DNA of 62,705 nucleotides, counting the filler. It is 10 parts of 10 records of this genome, joined end to end, with 100 filler letters (N's around TTAATTAATTAA, not from the genome) between each part and the next. Parts side by side here need not be neighbours in the genome. Positions count along the whole stretch, not along the records: positions 19,187 to 29,804 come from SRR15195285_2162; positions 29,905 to 34,657 come from SRR15195285_2164; 8 more parts are not named here. One strand, 5' to 3'. Position numbers and translations under genes: made by a program. Shown piece after piece: positions 22,101-34,234 of this stretch. Numbering within the stretch: the stretch's first letter is position 1; each line of letters begins with the position of its first letter. The notes beneath the pieces were generated by a model, which had not been told where the DNA came from, did not search any database, and saw only the letters and a program-made list of their open reading frames with translations.

Positions 22101-25100
22101 CTGTGCTGGCTGAACGGTACAATCTAAAACACATTGATGCAAGTGAGCTCCTAGTGTCTTCCGGGCAAGAGTTCCTTCAAGAAAAGCAAGAGGAGCTCAG
22201 GCAGATGACTGTTAAAGAACTTCGGTTACGGGCCAAAGAAGAGAGCATAAATCTTTCACGCGTGAAGCATGCGCTTGCAGAGGACAACCCAGGAGGCGCA
22301 TTGACTGACCTTCTCATGCAGCACTATCGAGCCATGGAAGGGCAAGAAGGTCAATCGAGCGTGAAAACAGGCAAGATGGTAGCAGACCGCTACATCGCAA
22401 GACCCCTCAGCAGAGCAATTGAGGAAGCTGCAAGGACAGGGTGGGTCATGACTGGCTTCCCGCGCACGGAAGCACAGGCCCACATGCTTCAAGGCTTGCA
22501 CACTTCACCTTCGATGATTGTGGTGCTTGAGGCAGATGCAGAAGAGTGCAAACGTGGATGCGCAGCGCGAAGGGTGGACACCAGAGTAACCCCCTCCGAA
22601 GTTTACGACCTAGAACGCAGACCCCCAGCGCACGAGAAAGTAAAAAGTCGCCTAAAGAAACGTGAAAACGACAATCCCGATATAGTCAACGTCCGGCTTG
22701 GGCATTTTCGAGCCAATTGCCACAGCGTCCTCAACACGTTTGACCCAGAAAATGAGATTACCTTCCGGATACCGACGAGAGAGCACGCGTCCGAGACTCT
22801 CGGAGACATAGTCGAGCTGGTAGAGGCTGTAAACCAGGGCTTGAATACTGACTCCCACACAGAGTATCTGATTGACCTTTTCACCTCGGCTGATATCGAT
22901 GGCTCTGGTCAGCTGAATTATTCAGAGCTGTACGAAGCAATGCAAAACGTAGGGGTGGAAGTATCGAAAGGCACTATCAAGCGAATTATTGAAGCTGCAG
23001 ACGATGACGCAGACGGAAATTTGACGCAGGAAGAGTTTTTGGCGTGTTTTGAAGCTGATTCAGGTCCCGAAGACGTGATCGATCTAGTTGACAGTGCCAT
23101 GACTGGCGGACGTGACCATACGGGGTGGCGGAGTTTCTGCGACGTGATCAGCAACTCAGATGTATGCAAGCTCAACGCAGCACACATTGGAATGGACGAC
23201 AATGCCACCAAGAGGCTTGCAGACTCGCTGACCGACACGCTGGTTGAATTAGACATCACAGGCAACCCGTTCGGTGCAGCAGGTGTCGAAGACCTCGCTA
23301 CAGCATTCACGTCCAAACCAAACATTGTATCCCTGCTTGGATTAGAGGCAGATACACGGTCCCTTGATCTCACCAACGTGGTGATGACACCTTCATCGAC
23401 AGCCCTGCTGGCCACAGAGATTCAGGATGGCAGATCGCTCGGCGCGGTCACCTCAATCGCAGTCAATTCAACCGGAAAGTCAGAAGATCCGCAAAAACTT
23501 TTACTCAAGCATGACACAAGCATACTCGATGTGTCAGACCTGAACTTTGGCCCGTCGGATGCGCTCCTGGTCGCCGCGTTCCTGCAAGCAAACATCGCGT
23601 TCAACAGCAACCTCCGCACTTTGAAAGCTATCACAACTGGAGACTCATCAAACCCACAACCGTACACTCTACGCGTGGAAGACAAGCTCATTGACCTCAT
23701 GGACAAATCTGTTGGTACACAAGATGCAATGCTGCTGACGTCTTGGATCTCCATGCCTTTGGTACGTCAGAATGCTAATGCGATCAATCTTCTCGGCAAT
23801 CCAATCGAAGACAAGGGCCTTGAAGCAGTTTTTGCGATGGTGGATGGCAGTTCCATCGAAAACTTGAACCCCGAAGCGCCCATCGGAACCCGAATTGACA
23901 GCGTCTGCGGGATTATGCGTGGGCAAGACGACCTAGACTGGTCGAATAGAGACCTGAGTGTGGATGACTGTCGAACTATGAGCGCGGACATAAAGTACTC
24001 GATTGAGTACGGTCGTTTCGATGTCACGAACATCAATCTGACAGGCACACTGCTTCCAAATGAAGGAAAACGATTACTTGCAGAAATCTTGCCAGAAGCA
24101 GCGCTGCAGACGTTGACACTTCAGCTAGGAAACAGAGCTGTGCAGCTTGATATGGATTCAAAACATATCGGTGCAGAAGACACTGAACTTGGGCCAGTTG
24201 ACGCTTTTTTGATTTCCAAATGGATGCAGGCAGACGGCCCGCAGAACACTTTGACAAGCATTGATTTGAGTGGATGTTTGATCTCCGGATCACGGAATAT
24301 GGTTCAATCTACCATAAACCCTCGTTATGAGATTGATACAGACCTGAGCGGCTTGAAGGAGTTAATGCCTACCTTGGAAATGATGCCGAACATGCAGGTT
24401 CTAAACCTGGCAAACAACAAGTTTGGTGAACAAGCTGCTGAGTATCTCCTGAGCTCGCTCAACTGGGACAAGACAAAACTCACAGTGAGTCGTGCAGTGG
24501 TAACAACACGTGTAACTGCGTCGATCCGCTCCCATTGAATGCACTGTTGCTGGTATTTTCGCAACTGCTGACACGATGCTGTCCTGCTGCAGACCGTGAC
24601 ACTAGATTCAACTGGAGTTGCCACGTCGACAAATCCGTTCACGCTTGATATATCAGCCAATGAGCTGGATCTTGAGGGCCACGAGCTGAGCTCGTTGGAC
24701 GCACAGCTTGTTGCAAAGTGGCTGCCGAAATCATCTGTCACACGCATCAACCTGTGCCACAACCCAGCATTCAGCGACCCAACACAGTTTGTGGCGATGT
24801 TTCAAGACTCTGAGTCTAAGCTTCGCTCGCTGTGTGGTGTGAAAGAAGGAACTCTTGAGATAGACTGGGCAACTCATTCAATATCGCGTGCTGACTTGAT
24901 CATCTTGTCCGCCGAACTTAAATTGTCGCGAGCTGCATCTGGCATCCAATCTCTTGACCTTTCCCAGACTCACTTGGATGAAGACGGTGGGGCTGTGCTT
25001 GCGGAGGCGCTTGCATCAAAACAACTGAACAGCGATGAGTACATGTCAAGCAAACTCCAAACGCTTAGGATCGGTGGCAAAGCTGCTGTAGGCGTCACAG

Positions 25101-28100
25101 TCATTTTCGAGGGTCGTATAGCACACATATGCGCCGAGAAGCAAGACGAATCCAGGTCGGGCTCCTCCCGCACAATGAAGGTCATGTTTGCAGACGACGG
25201 TACGCGCTGTGCACAGCTCACCTCAATCACACTCGAAGTCGCATCTATTGATCTGCTTTGTCAATATGTCGGTGTGGCTGTTTGCAGATGCGGTCAGTGA
25301 TTGGATTCCAGTTGATAAGATACAGCAAGGCGCCGTGCCATGCGATTTGACTCTGACAGAAGATTCAATCGATGCAACTAGCACGGGACTCAGTGCGGGA
25401 GAAATGCACGTTCTTGCAGCGTGGATCAAGCGTTCAACGACCCAGATACAAACGTTGACGCTGGCTGGGAACCTACTCAGTGGGGCCCAGCGTGAAGAAA
25501 GTGAGTCTGGCGTCACGTGGTCAGCTGTAGACACAGCACTTAGTGGCATGAAGGCACTCTGCAGCGCATTGAATGATGCAAGCGACAGTGTTGGGATCAC
25601 ACACTTAGATTTAGCAAGCTGTGGTCTTGGCGCGCAGAGTACACTACTGCTTGCAAAGTCTCTGGCTACTGACGGACATTTCAAACGCTCAGCAGAGAGA
25701 ATCATATTGGATGGAAACTACGTCACCGATAGCCGCTTTCGTGTACACTCCCGTGACAATGACGGTGCAACCGAGTTGTCTTGGAAACTTGACCAGGACG
25801 TTAGCGCGCTACAGATGCTTGGAAAGTCGCTGCAGTATGCATCGAATTTGGTAGTGCTGAGTTTGGTGGACTGCCACATCGGCCCAGCAGCTCTAGTTGC
25901 CTTTGCTGATGCTGTCGCGTGGTCATCGATTGCGTTGAAGAGTTTGGAACTTGGGGGAAATCCACTCAGCTCTGAGCTCATTCACAGAAGCGATGGGCCA
26001 GTGGACGTCTCGGCAACAAGTCGATTATGTGCACAATTAGGTTGCAGCACTCAGCTGGAATTCATTGGACTAGATCGAATTGGTGGCGGCCCCGAACTAT
26101 TGCTAGATCTCACCGAGGCAATGCGAAAGTTACCAGCTCTGAAAAAGGTCAACCTGTCCGGAAACCTGATTGGCACGGCTTATACACGACCGATTGAAGA
26201 TGTCGACGTTCACGTACCTGTACAACATGGGTGTGTCGCAGCATACCAACACCGCTTCGGTGAAGTTATGCGCGATCCAGATGCAGACGGAGAAGTCCAA
26301 TTGCGTTGGCTTAACAATTCAGCGCTAAGCGATTGGATCAACCACAGCGACCTGTCTCCAGTTGTGGACTCGTTATCGCACATCGTCCGCGATTACTCAC
26401 ACATCAAAGCCTTTGCAGCTGCAATACACTCGCTGGAAGAGGTAGACATTTCCTACTGCGCCTTTGATCGGCACGCTGTGGACTGCTTGGTCAACACCGT
26501 CCGATGGACAGATGCAACGTTCAACCTCAAAGACATGGACTTTGATGGAAACAATTCAGGAGAAGATGCTCGAGGACAACTCGAAGCCACATGCAAAAAC
26601 CACTCAGTTCAGGTCGGCGTGGGACAGGGCGCGCTAGAGATGCAGGAACTTGCTGACAAGGAGTCTAGAGCTGCAGAAGCGTACAGAAATGCAGCCAAGG
26701 CTGAAGAAGACGCTCAGACATCTATCCAGACTGCCAACGAAGCAGCGGCTGCTGCGAAAGAACGCGGGAAAGATGCCGCATTGCGACAGGACTCAGATGA
26801 AGCTAAAGCTGCAGAAATTGAGCGAAAAGCAGCCGAAGCCGTGGCTGCTACGCAGCAGGCAGAGACGAGTAAATTAGCTGCAGCCAGAGAGGCTGCAGAG
26901 CTTCAAAATCGAATCGCGCAGCAGCAACTCGCAGACGCACAACTCAATGCTGCTCAGCAGAAAGTTAAGCCACGGCATTTCCACCGGGTGAGCAAGTCGG
27001 ACCAAGCGCAACTGGCTGTTGCAGAAGAAGCATTTGCCAAAGCGTCAACGATCCTGGACGACGAAGACCGCTTCACGTATGAGCAGAGAGCTGTGGACGA
27101 AGCCAAAGAAGCACTAAAACAAGCAAAGTCGTCACGTGGAAGAAGACAGGCGGAGCAGGCACTCGAGCAGTGCGAGTACAAATTAGAGATGGCGAAAAAG
27201 GATATACTTGCCAAAGAACTGTATCGTCTGGCGGACCAGCAAGAAGCCACTGCTGCACGTGCCGTACGCGCCCTGCGCTCACAAGAAGAGATAGATGCCA
27301 CGAAGGAATCAGTCGCACAAAGTCTTGCTGCAGACAGAGCTGAAGCCAACGCTGCCCAGCAGGATTTGACTGAGGCGCAAGAGCTGCTGCAAAAAGCGAA
27401 GATTGAACAAGAGGCTGCGTTGCAAGCTCGCATCGAAGCAAACCGTCAGGGTATGAAGGGCCTAGTGTTGGCACGGCAGGCCCGAAAGGCTCGTGAACAA
27501 GAGAGACTGAAACAGCTCGCTACAACGAATGTCGTCTACAATGATGAGGCAGAAGACGATCTCAGGGTGAATTGTGGCGTTGACTGCCTGACTGGGGCGG
27601 TCAGCACTGAGGCTAGGCGGAGGCTGACTTTGTTTTCTGTTCTCTTGATACTATGTGGCTCCGTCGGCCTCTTGTGCATGCTTCAGATATTTGATATCCG
27701 AGTACGCGGAGCACAGCAATCTGGGTTGTTTGCGTACATCACTCACTTCCTTGCAATCGGCGCAGTAATCACTCCCATAGCAGGGATATATGGTGCGATG
27801 CAGCACATCGAGCCACTGCTTCGAGGATGCTCCTTCGCCTTGTACGTGCTTACATGTAGCTACCTTGGAATCAGCGCTTCGTTAGTACACGAATCTCGGG
27901 TTCAAGATGGCGCCATGAATGTACTCATTCTAGCGTCTGTTGCAGCTATGCTGTCTGCCACTTGCGCATACTCTGCACTACGCATCTTCTGCGCATGGAC
28001 TTTTCGCCGAGATGACAACGCGATTAAAAAAGGATCACCTTCCACCTGGATGGACCACCCGAAAGCCAAAATTCGTCGTGTGAACCATGTACTGTTTGTC

Positions 28101-29804
28101 TCAGGTTGGTTCGGTTGGTTCAAGGCCACGCACCTGGGAGTTGTGTGTCTACTGCTGTACAATCTTGCGATCGAGTCGCCAACATCCAACCCGGCTGAGT
28201 TCGAATTGTTTCCACGAATGATGCTCGAGTTTTTCGTCTGCTTTTTCACGACATCGGGAAGCTTGATTGATGTACTCATGGTGCCTGGCAATAGACATCT
28301 GTGCTGGTGTTTTCAAGATGCTGTAACTGCATTGGACTCTTTGTGTGTTGTAACCTCGTGGTTCTCCTTTGCTTGGCCACAGTACGGCCGGTTCTTTTCA
28401 CTTGTCAGATGCCTGCGTGTGGTACGACCGATGGTTGCTCTTGCCGAGCTCGAGTTTCTACTAGACGAAGTCCATGCGGCAACGTTGATTGGAATGGCAT
28501 TCACGGCACATGCAAGCTTGTATCAGACTGTGGTGCTGTTTGTGGCGTTCAGCCTGCTGTGTTCCTGTATCATAGCTGTTAACCTGTTCGGAGGCGCAAT
28601 CCAATACTCATGTGAGGCTATCAGCACTGTCACCAATACCACTGGATACATGTGTCCGTCGTCACTTTCTGGCCCAAGGTGGTGGGGGATACCGCCCTGC
28701 AGCCAAGAGTCGGAATGCTATCGCTTGGACCCACCGCGTGAGCTGCTTGGCGGAGATGATACTGGTGAACGCGGCTTCAACTCTGTTCCCCAGGCATTCG
28801 TGACACTGCTAGCCCATATCAGTTGTGATGGTGGCATCAACGATCTCCCAACAGCTGTCCGAGAGGCTGGCGCCAGAGGAAGTGAATTCGCGTGGATGTT
28901 CTTTGCCGTGCTGATTGTAATTCTTCAGTGGGTAGTCTTCACCATGCTGCTTGGTATGGGGGTATACACAATCGGGGAAGCTGAGCAGACGGTGAAAGAT
29001 CATGCGCGCGACTCAAAACAAATCGAGCCGACCAATAGTCGAAAAGCCAAGGCGTCTCTCGGAAGCTTTGGGACGAAAGAATCTCTCGTAAACTTTGACA
29101 AACAGCGACGACAGCTGGCAACTAGTATCGAAGAGCTGAACTGGGATGGCAGTACCTGTTGCAATCTGCAAGTCGGACAAACGAGAAACAAGATTAAGAT
29201 GTTCGCGATCAGCAACACATTCCGCACTATTGTCCTAGTCATGGTACTTCTTTGGACTGGAGTGTTGCTGTCCAAAACAGGCCGAGAGTCGGCAACGAGT
29301 GCAGGTGATGTTGACAACTGGTCTTCAGTACGCCAGCTGCTCGAGCTGTTGCTGCTGGTAGGATTCATTTCAGAGATTGTTGTAAAAGTGATCGGTTTCG
29401 GCGTTCGTAGATTTTTCATATCGTTCGAGAACGTGCTGGACCTCGTGGTTTTCATTGTCACATGCGCAGGTTGGACAATTAGCTACTTTGGATATCTGCG
29501 CGAGATCTATTGTGAAGATGATGCTGCTACTATTGCTCTTGAGATGTACAGTTCGATGCCAGACGAGAATGACACCTTGCAAGAGCTAAATCTGGAGGCA
29601 ACAAAAGCACGCTGCGTGGAGAAAGCAATCAGCGAATCAACCCTAAAGTTTTTCCGCGTCATGCGCATTGTACAAGTTACACGGATTTTATACAAGCAGG
29701 AGGATGTGAACGACGTAATGATCAAAGCCTTTAGCAACTGGCAGCTCGTCTTCGGTGTGTTCGCTGCTGTGGCGTTTCTGGTGATATGTTTCTCTGTGAT
29801 TGGG
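19188..29804 (+). CDS. Giant multidomain membrane protein (partial, >3400 aa): multi-TM region, LRRs, adenylate kinase-like domain, 2 EF-hands, LRRs, coiled coil, 4-TM block, voltage-gated Ca/Na channel repeats I-II; exons 19188-21814, 21928-24484, 24593-25199, 25288-29804
   Basis: Introns 21815-21927 (GTGAGC..TACTGAC..GCAG, phase 2), 24485-24592 (GTGAGT..GCTGAC..GCAG, phase 0) and 25200-25287 (GTACGC..GCAG, phase 1) join four ORFs in frame; the first restores the repeat motif QGLGPADLALVANW. ADK motifs APPGCLK, GWVMTGFPRTEAQA, RENDNPDIVNVRL; EF loops DIDGSGQLNYSEL, DDDADGNLTQEEF; S4 LVRCLRVVRPM and FFRVMRIVQVTRIL; pore GFNSVPQAFVTLLAHISCDGG. Confidence 0.85.
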
Positions 29805-29904
29805 NNNNNNNNNNNNNNNNNNNNNNNNNNNNNNNNNNNNNNNNNNNNTTAATTAATTAANNNNNNNNNNNNNNNNNNNNNNNNNNNNNNNNNNNNNNNN
29901 NNNN
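29805..29904. other. Artificial contig spacer
   Basis: N44-TTAATTAATTAA-N44. Confidence 0.99.
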
Positions 29905-30064
29905 ACTTTCCGCTACCCACGCCTGACACCCCGATTCCAATTAGGTACAGCAATTAATTACCATGTCACACGTGGGCGGGTTGGACAACTGCACGTGCGC
30001 ATGCGCGGCGCCGGCGGCGGCGGCGCGCGCGCTCGCGGCAGTCGTCCGCGCCGATACCGTAGAG

Positions 30065-31528
30065 ATGATCGCGCCCAAGGCTCTGGTGCTACCAGTGCTG
30101 CTGCTACCGGTTGTGTGCACGGCAAGGCTCCCTGCTGAGCCGCCGGCGTTCTCTTGGGAGACAGTCCCGGTCTTTATGCACTCCGGCAACCGCTCCGGCC
30201 TCTCAGCAACGACGGCGCGATTCATGTCGAGATTTCCGATGGTAACAATGGGCGGCTTCCAGGGTTCGCAGAATCCAGGTGGAAACGAAGCCGCGATCAC
30301 GCCCTTTGCCCAGGCAGTGAAGCGAAACAATAGGAGCGCGCATGTGTTGTACTACCAGAACGCGCTCATTAATTTCCCGCAAACCAGGCTAGGCCGCGCG
30401 AACTCGACGCTTCCTAGTTCACTGCTCCTGCACGACGCAAAAGGTCGGTTGGTCTATCTTGGTGGCTGTGGCGGGGGTGCCCACGCCCCCAACCACACCG
30501 TCTACGACCACAGTCAGCCGGAGATGCGCGCGGCTTGGACAGCGAACATTGTGGACGTTGTGCAGGCGCCAGTAAATGATGGTCTGATCGATGGTGTCTT
30601 CTGCGATCGATCGGGTCCGATCACGGCCGTCATATCGAAGTATTTGTCTTGCTACGAATTTGATGAAGGCTTTGCTCAGCGTTGGGACGACGGCCACTGG
30701 CAAGCCGTCGCGGATACTCAAACGGCTCTGAATCGCTTGCTGCCCACCGCTATCGTAGTTGCAAATCATGCTTCTCCAAAGAAGTCGATGCACCTGGAGC
30801 CGACAAATGCTACTTGGAACGCGAAGATGTACGAGCACTTCACACCGGTAAAAGCCGCAGGCATGGACTACGTACCCACGGGCAACCAATTGCGTGCTTT
30901 TATGGACGATGGTGGGTGGTGCCATTTGCCTACGCCCCGCCAAGTCGTAGCATGGAACACTACTCAATACGTCGTTGTTGCTTGGCTTGTCGTCTCAACG
31001 TCTCGTGGCACAGGCCCAGATTTTATTGATGAAGTGCACGTTGACCATTGTCGTGTGGACATGGGTCCCAACTCAAGCCACACTCCCCAGAACCTGCGCG
31101 ACATGTACCGTCGCAGCCTGGCCGCTTTCCTAATTGGCGCGAGCGAATACAGCTACTACGCGTGCACAAACGGGTGGGGTTTCCATCTAGGTTGGCAGCA
31201 TTGGTCGCCCGACTACGATCGCCCGCTTGGTCATCCTCTAGGGTACTTCACGTATTCCTTTCCAGCTTTATAGCTATGCTGTCCACCGCTACTAGTCTGC
31301 GTCCGGCACCATGGTGATCTGAAATGTTCGCGCCTTTAATGTTGGTGCAGGCCGGCGAATAGAACGGAGACTGGCTGGTATAGGAAATTCGCGAGCGGGA
31401 CAGAGGTGTGGCTTGACACTGATGACCAAGAGGCGTTGAAATGGGGCTCCAGCTGCATACGTTGGTCGGATGGTCATGTCACGCGCTCTGGCAAGTTGTG
31501 CAGCGATCAACACGAGCGGGCGTACTAG
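30065..31528 (+). CDS. Secreted glycoside hydrolase, GHL15 (PF14885)/GH168-like; exons 30065-30911, 31014-31242, 31351-31528
   Basis: Signal peptide; PAFSWETVPVFMH, VLYYQN, IDGVFCD, SLAAFLIGA.EYSYY, WSPDYDRPLGHPLG|PA..WYRKFASGT.VWLD. Introns 30912-31013 and 31243-31350 keep the frame. Confidence 0.7.
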
Positions 31529-31657
31529 CAAGCGACATTCTGTCACCACTGACCACAATCACATTATCACCATCCGTTCTAGCCAGCAAATGTAACTATT
31601 GTTTTTGGACACGTTGGCGCCAGCTCTCCCTGGCGCTAGCTCTCCTTGACTAGAGTA

Positions 31658-34234
31658 CTACTGTTCAAGTTTGAACCGCATTACTTGAGGTTCCGTGGAC
31701 TCCGGCTTTGCAGCACGCTTGCGACGACCCCGAGTTGCAACTTCCGCAGAATTGGGCGTGGGGCTAGGAGCTGCACTAGACGGCAATCTCCCCGAACTCG
31801 ATTGAGTCACCTGACCAGTTCCTCCACCACTGGAGGAGGCTTTCTGCACACTTGCTGCCAACGGTGAGGGTCCAACGCCAGACTTCCAGCACTCACCAGC
31901 CTGCTCCCTCAGCCTTTCTTGGAATTTTGTGTCGCGCCACTGAACATCGTACTTTTCGTCGAAAGGCCTTTTTACACGTCCGTTGCCGCTGCCACTACAA
32001 AATCTGCCAGCTGCTCCCTCGACTGCTTCCAAGAACACTTCCAGTACGCCCAATGTCTCGTGGTCAGCCCAATCGCCCCAGACAAACTGGTCTGGAAGAT
32101 GCACACGGCTGACTCCGTCCATAGCGATCCAGTAGATAGACGGATGATCAATCGTGGGTTTGTTGGTCCAGTGAAGTGGAACAGGCCACTTCGCCCCTGC
32201 AGGGAAGTACATCAATACTGGATGAATGAAGGAACCCAGCTGCGCTGTCCGGGCGGAGCGGACCCCACAAAGCAGACTAGTCTCGCGAAGCGCTATGTCG
32301 TTTGTGCCGTAGTAATAGCTCCACAGTAGTCGGCCGTAGTCCTTGTACCTCATGTGTACCATATCTTCAGGTACATCCTCGATGTACCAGGTCTTTTTTC
32401 TGTCGCAATCGAATAGAATTGCGTCTGAGAGGGCTCCACCGACCTGCTCATATGGCCCTCCTGCATTGTTGAGGCGCGCAAGCAGGGCACTGTAAAGTGG
32501 CCGTTCTGCAATGGACGTAGTATTGGTCCCGAAGTCTTGACCGTTAGGACTACCTAGGTCTACTCTGGGAGCTGGCTCCCAGTCAAACGGCTGAGAAGCT
32601 CCAGTTAGTGGTGTCTTGGTACGCGTTCCCCAAGCACCGAAGTCGCTATCCTGCGTCTCGAATCGTGTTTCAAGGATCCTGAAAAGAGTGCGGACATTGA
32701 AACGGAAGCCATGGATGAATCCACCAGAAGCCTGGTATCTGTAACGATCTAGTCCGTGCGAAGCAGCTCCAATAACATAGAGCCCCTGTGTATTGATGGA
32801 CTCGAACTCGGGTGTTAGCGCTGGGTAAGTTTTCTTGTCTGGTCGCTTCGGGTGTCCCGTCATTTCCAGCTGAACGTTTCCGGAGAATACACTGTCATCG
32901 TACTGCCAGCCTAACGATGTGATCACCACGTCAAACGGCTTCTGGAACTCCATTCCACCAGCGACTGTGTATTTGCTGGTGTCGCGTAGCGTAGGCAGAA
33001 GCGCCATCTGTCGGGGCGTCAGTTCCTTACGAATGTCATCGACGCTGATGCACAGCACCTGAGACGCCGGGAAGTTTGCAATTCCAAACATTTTGTTTGC
33101 CACCGTGGCGTGCTTCTTGAGTTGAGCAGGTGCAGGTCGCGTGTAGACGAGCTCGCCAAAGACGCTCCGCGTCTCCTCGATCAACCCTGCGACTGCGTCG
33201 ACAATCGGAGCCAGTACGACGTGCTCACCTTCCTCCACGGTGAAAATGCACACTGCTGGCTTCCCACCGTATCCACTGTTCCCAGCTGTAGAATCGAAGT
33301 CACAACCGACAGCGACGAGCTGGTCCGCGTCGAGCCCCATTGCAGTCTGCCCTTCGTACGACTTGAAGACGTTTGCGTCATGGTACGTGGTGCGTCTGGC
33401 TCGGGTGTCCCCGACGTACCTCGTTTGCTGGAGGGTCTTGCCGCCGCGGTAACGCGAGACGAACACCATGTCCCTCGCATAGTTGCGCAAGTTGTCTCCC
33501 GTCTCTCCGGCTGCGTTTCCCTCACCAAGCACCAAGATGCTCTTGTTGGTAAACGTGCTCGGGTCAACGCCGCGGAGCTGGTCGTAGCGAATGCTAAATC
33601 GGTTGACGTCTTTGACCCAGTCGTCCACGATGCGCGGCTTTTGCATCCCGTTCGCCATCACTACAACCTCGCACTCGAATGTCTTGGCGACGGGTTCGAA
33701 GCTGTCCTCGGACTCAGCGGACTTGTCGACGCAAGACGCCAGGTCGCAAGTCTGCTCCACGGTGACCCGGAAGCTGGAGCCTTCTCGCTGCACTTGCTTC
33801 ACGTCGTGGCAGTAGCGAATCTTACCTTGCTTGACCTGCGGCTCGGCGAACGCGTTGATGTACTCGACCAGCCGGTCGGCCGGCGGCCAGTATTCCTGAG
33901 ACCAGGTGGTGAAGAGCCCGACCGTCTTCTCCGAGCCCAGCAGCGAGTTCCAGTCGTGTCGGAGGTTGAACTCCAGGTCGCCGCTCCGCGTGAAGCGGCG
34001 GTTGATCGAGTTGAGCACGCGGTGCACGGGGAACTGGCTGAAGAACTGCGCGCTCTGCTTCGCCCGCTCCAGCACAACGTAGTCCCTGCCCGCCCTGCCG
34101 TCACCATCCGCCGTCAGGAAGAAGTTCCCGAGCTGAACGCCTGCCGGACCCGCCCCGATCACGCAGTACCTGTGCGCCTCTGGCTCGGCCTGCGCACCGC
34201 AGCAGAGCACCAGCAGCACCAGCCCGACCCTCAT
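31658..34234 (-). CDS. FOXRED2: FAD-dependent oxidoreductase domain-containing protein 2-like (ER flavoprotein), intronless
   Basis: Signal peptide; YCVIGAGPAGVQLG FAD motif; FPVHRVLNSINRRFT..EFNLRHDWNSLL; ILVLGEGNAAGE; ASGGFIHGFRF. Confidence 0.82.
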   Translation of the reverse strand: MRVGLVLLVLCCGAQAEPEAHRYCVIGAGPAGVQLGNFFLTADGDGRAGRDYVVLERAKQSAQFFSQFPVHRVLNSINRRFTRSGDLEFNLRHDWNSLLGSEKTVGLFTTWSQEYWPPADRLVEYINAFAEPQVKQGKIRYCHDVKQVQREGSSFRVTVEQTCDLASCVDKSAESEDSFEPVAKTFECEVVVMANGMQKPRIVDDWVKDVNRFSIRYDQLRGVDPSTFTNKSILVLGEGNAAGETGDNLRNYARDMVFVSRYRGGKTLQQTRYVGDTRARRTTYHDANVFKSYEGQTAMGLDADQLVAVGCDFDSTAGNSGYGGKPAVCIFTVEEGEHVVLAPIVDAVAGLIEETRSVFGELVYTRPAPAQLKKHATVANKMFGIANFPASQVLCISVDDIRKELTPRQMALLPTLRDTSKYTVAGGMEFQKPFDVVITSLGWQYDDSVFSGNVQLEMTGHPKRPDKKTYPALTPEFESINTQGLYVIGAASHGLDRYRYQASGGFIHGFRFNVRTLFRILETRFETQDSDFGAWGTRTKTPLTGASQPFDWEPAPRVDLGSPNGQDFGTNTTSIAERPLYSALLARLNNAGGPYEQVGGALSDAILFDCDRKKTWYIEDVPEDMVHMRYKDYGRLLWSYYYGTNDIALRETSLLCGVRSARTAQLGSFIHPVLMYFPAGAKWPVPLHWTNKPTIDHPSIYWIAMDGVSRVHLPDQFVWGDWADHETLGVLEVFLEAVEGAAGRFCSGSGNGRVKRPFDEKYDVQWRDTKFQERLREQAGECWKSGVGPSPLAASVQKASSSGGGTGQVTQSSSGRLPSSAAPSPTPNSAEVATRGRRKRAAKPESTEPQVMRFKLEQ

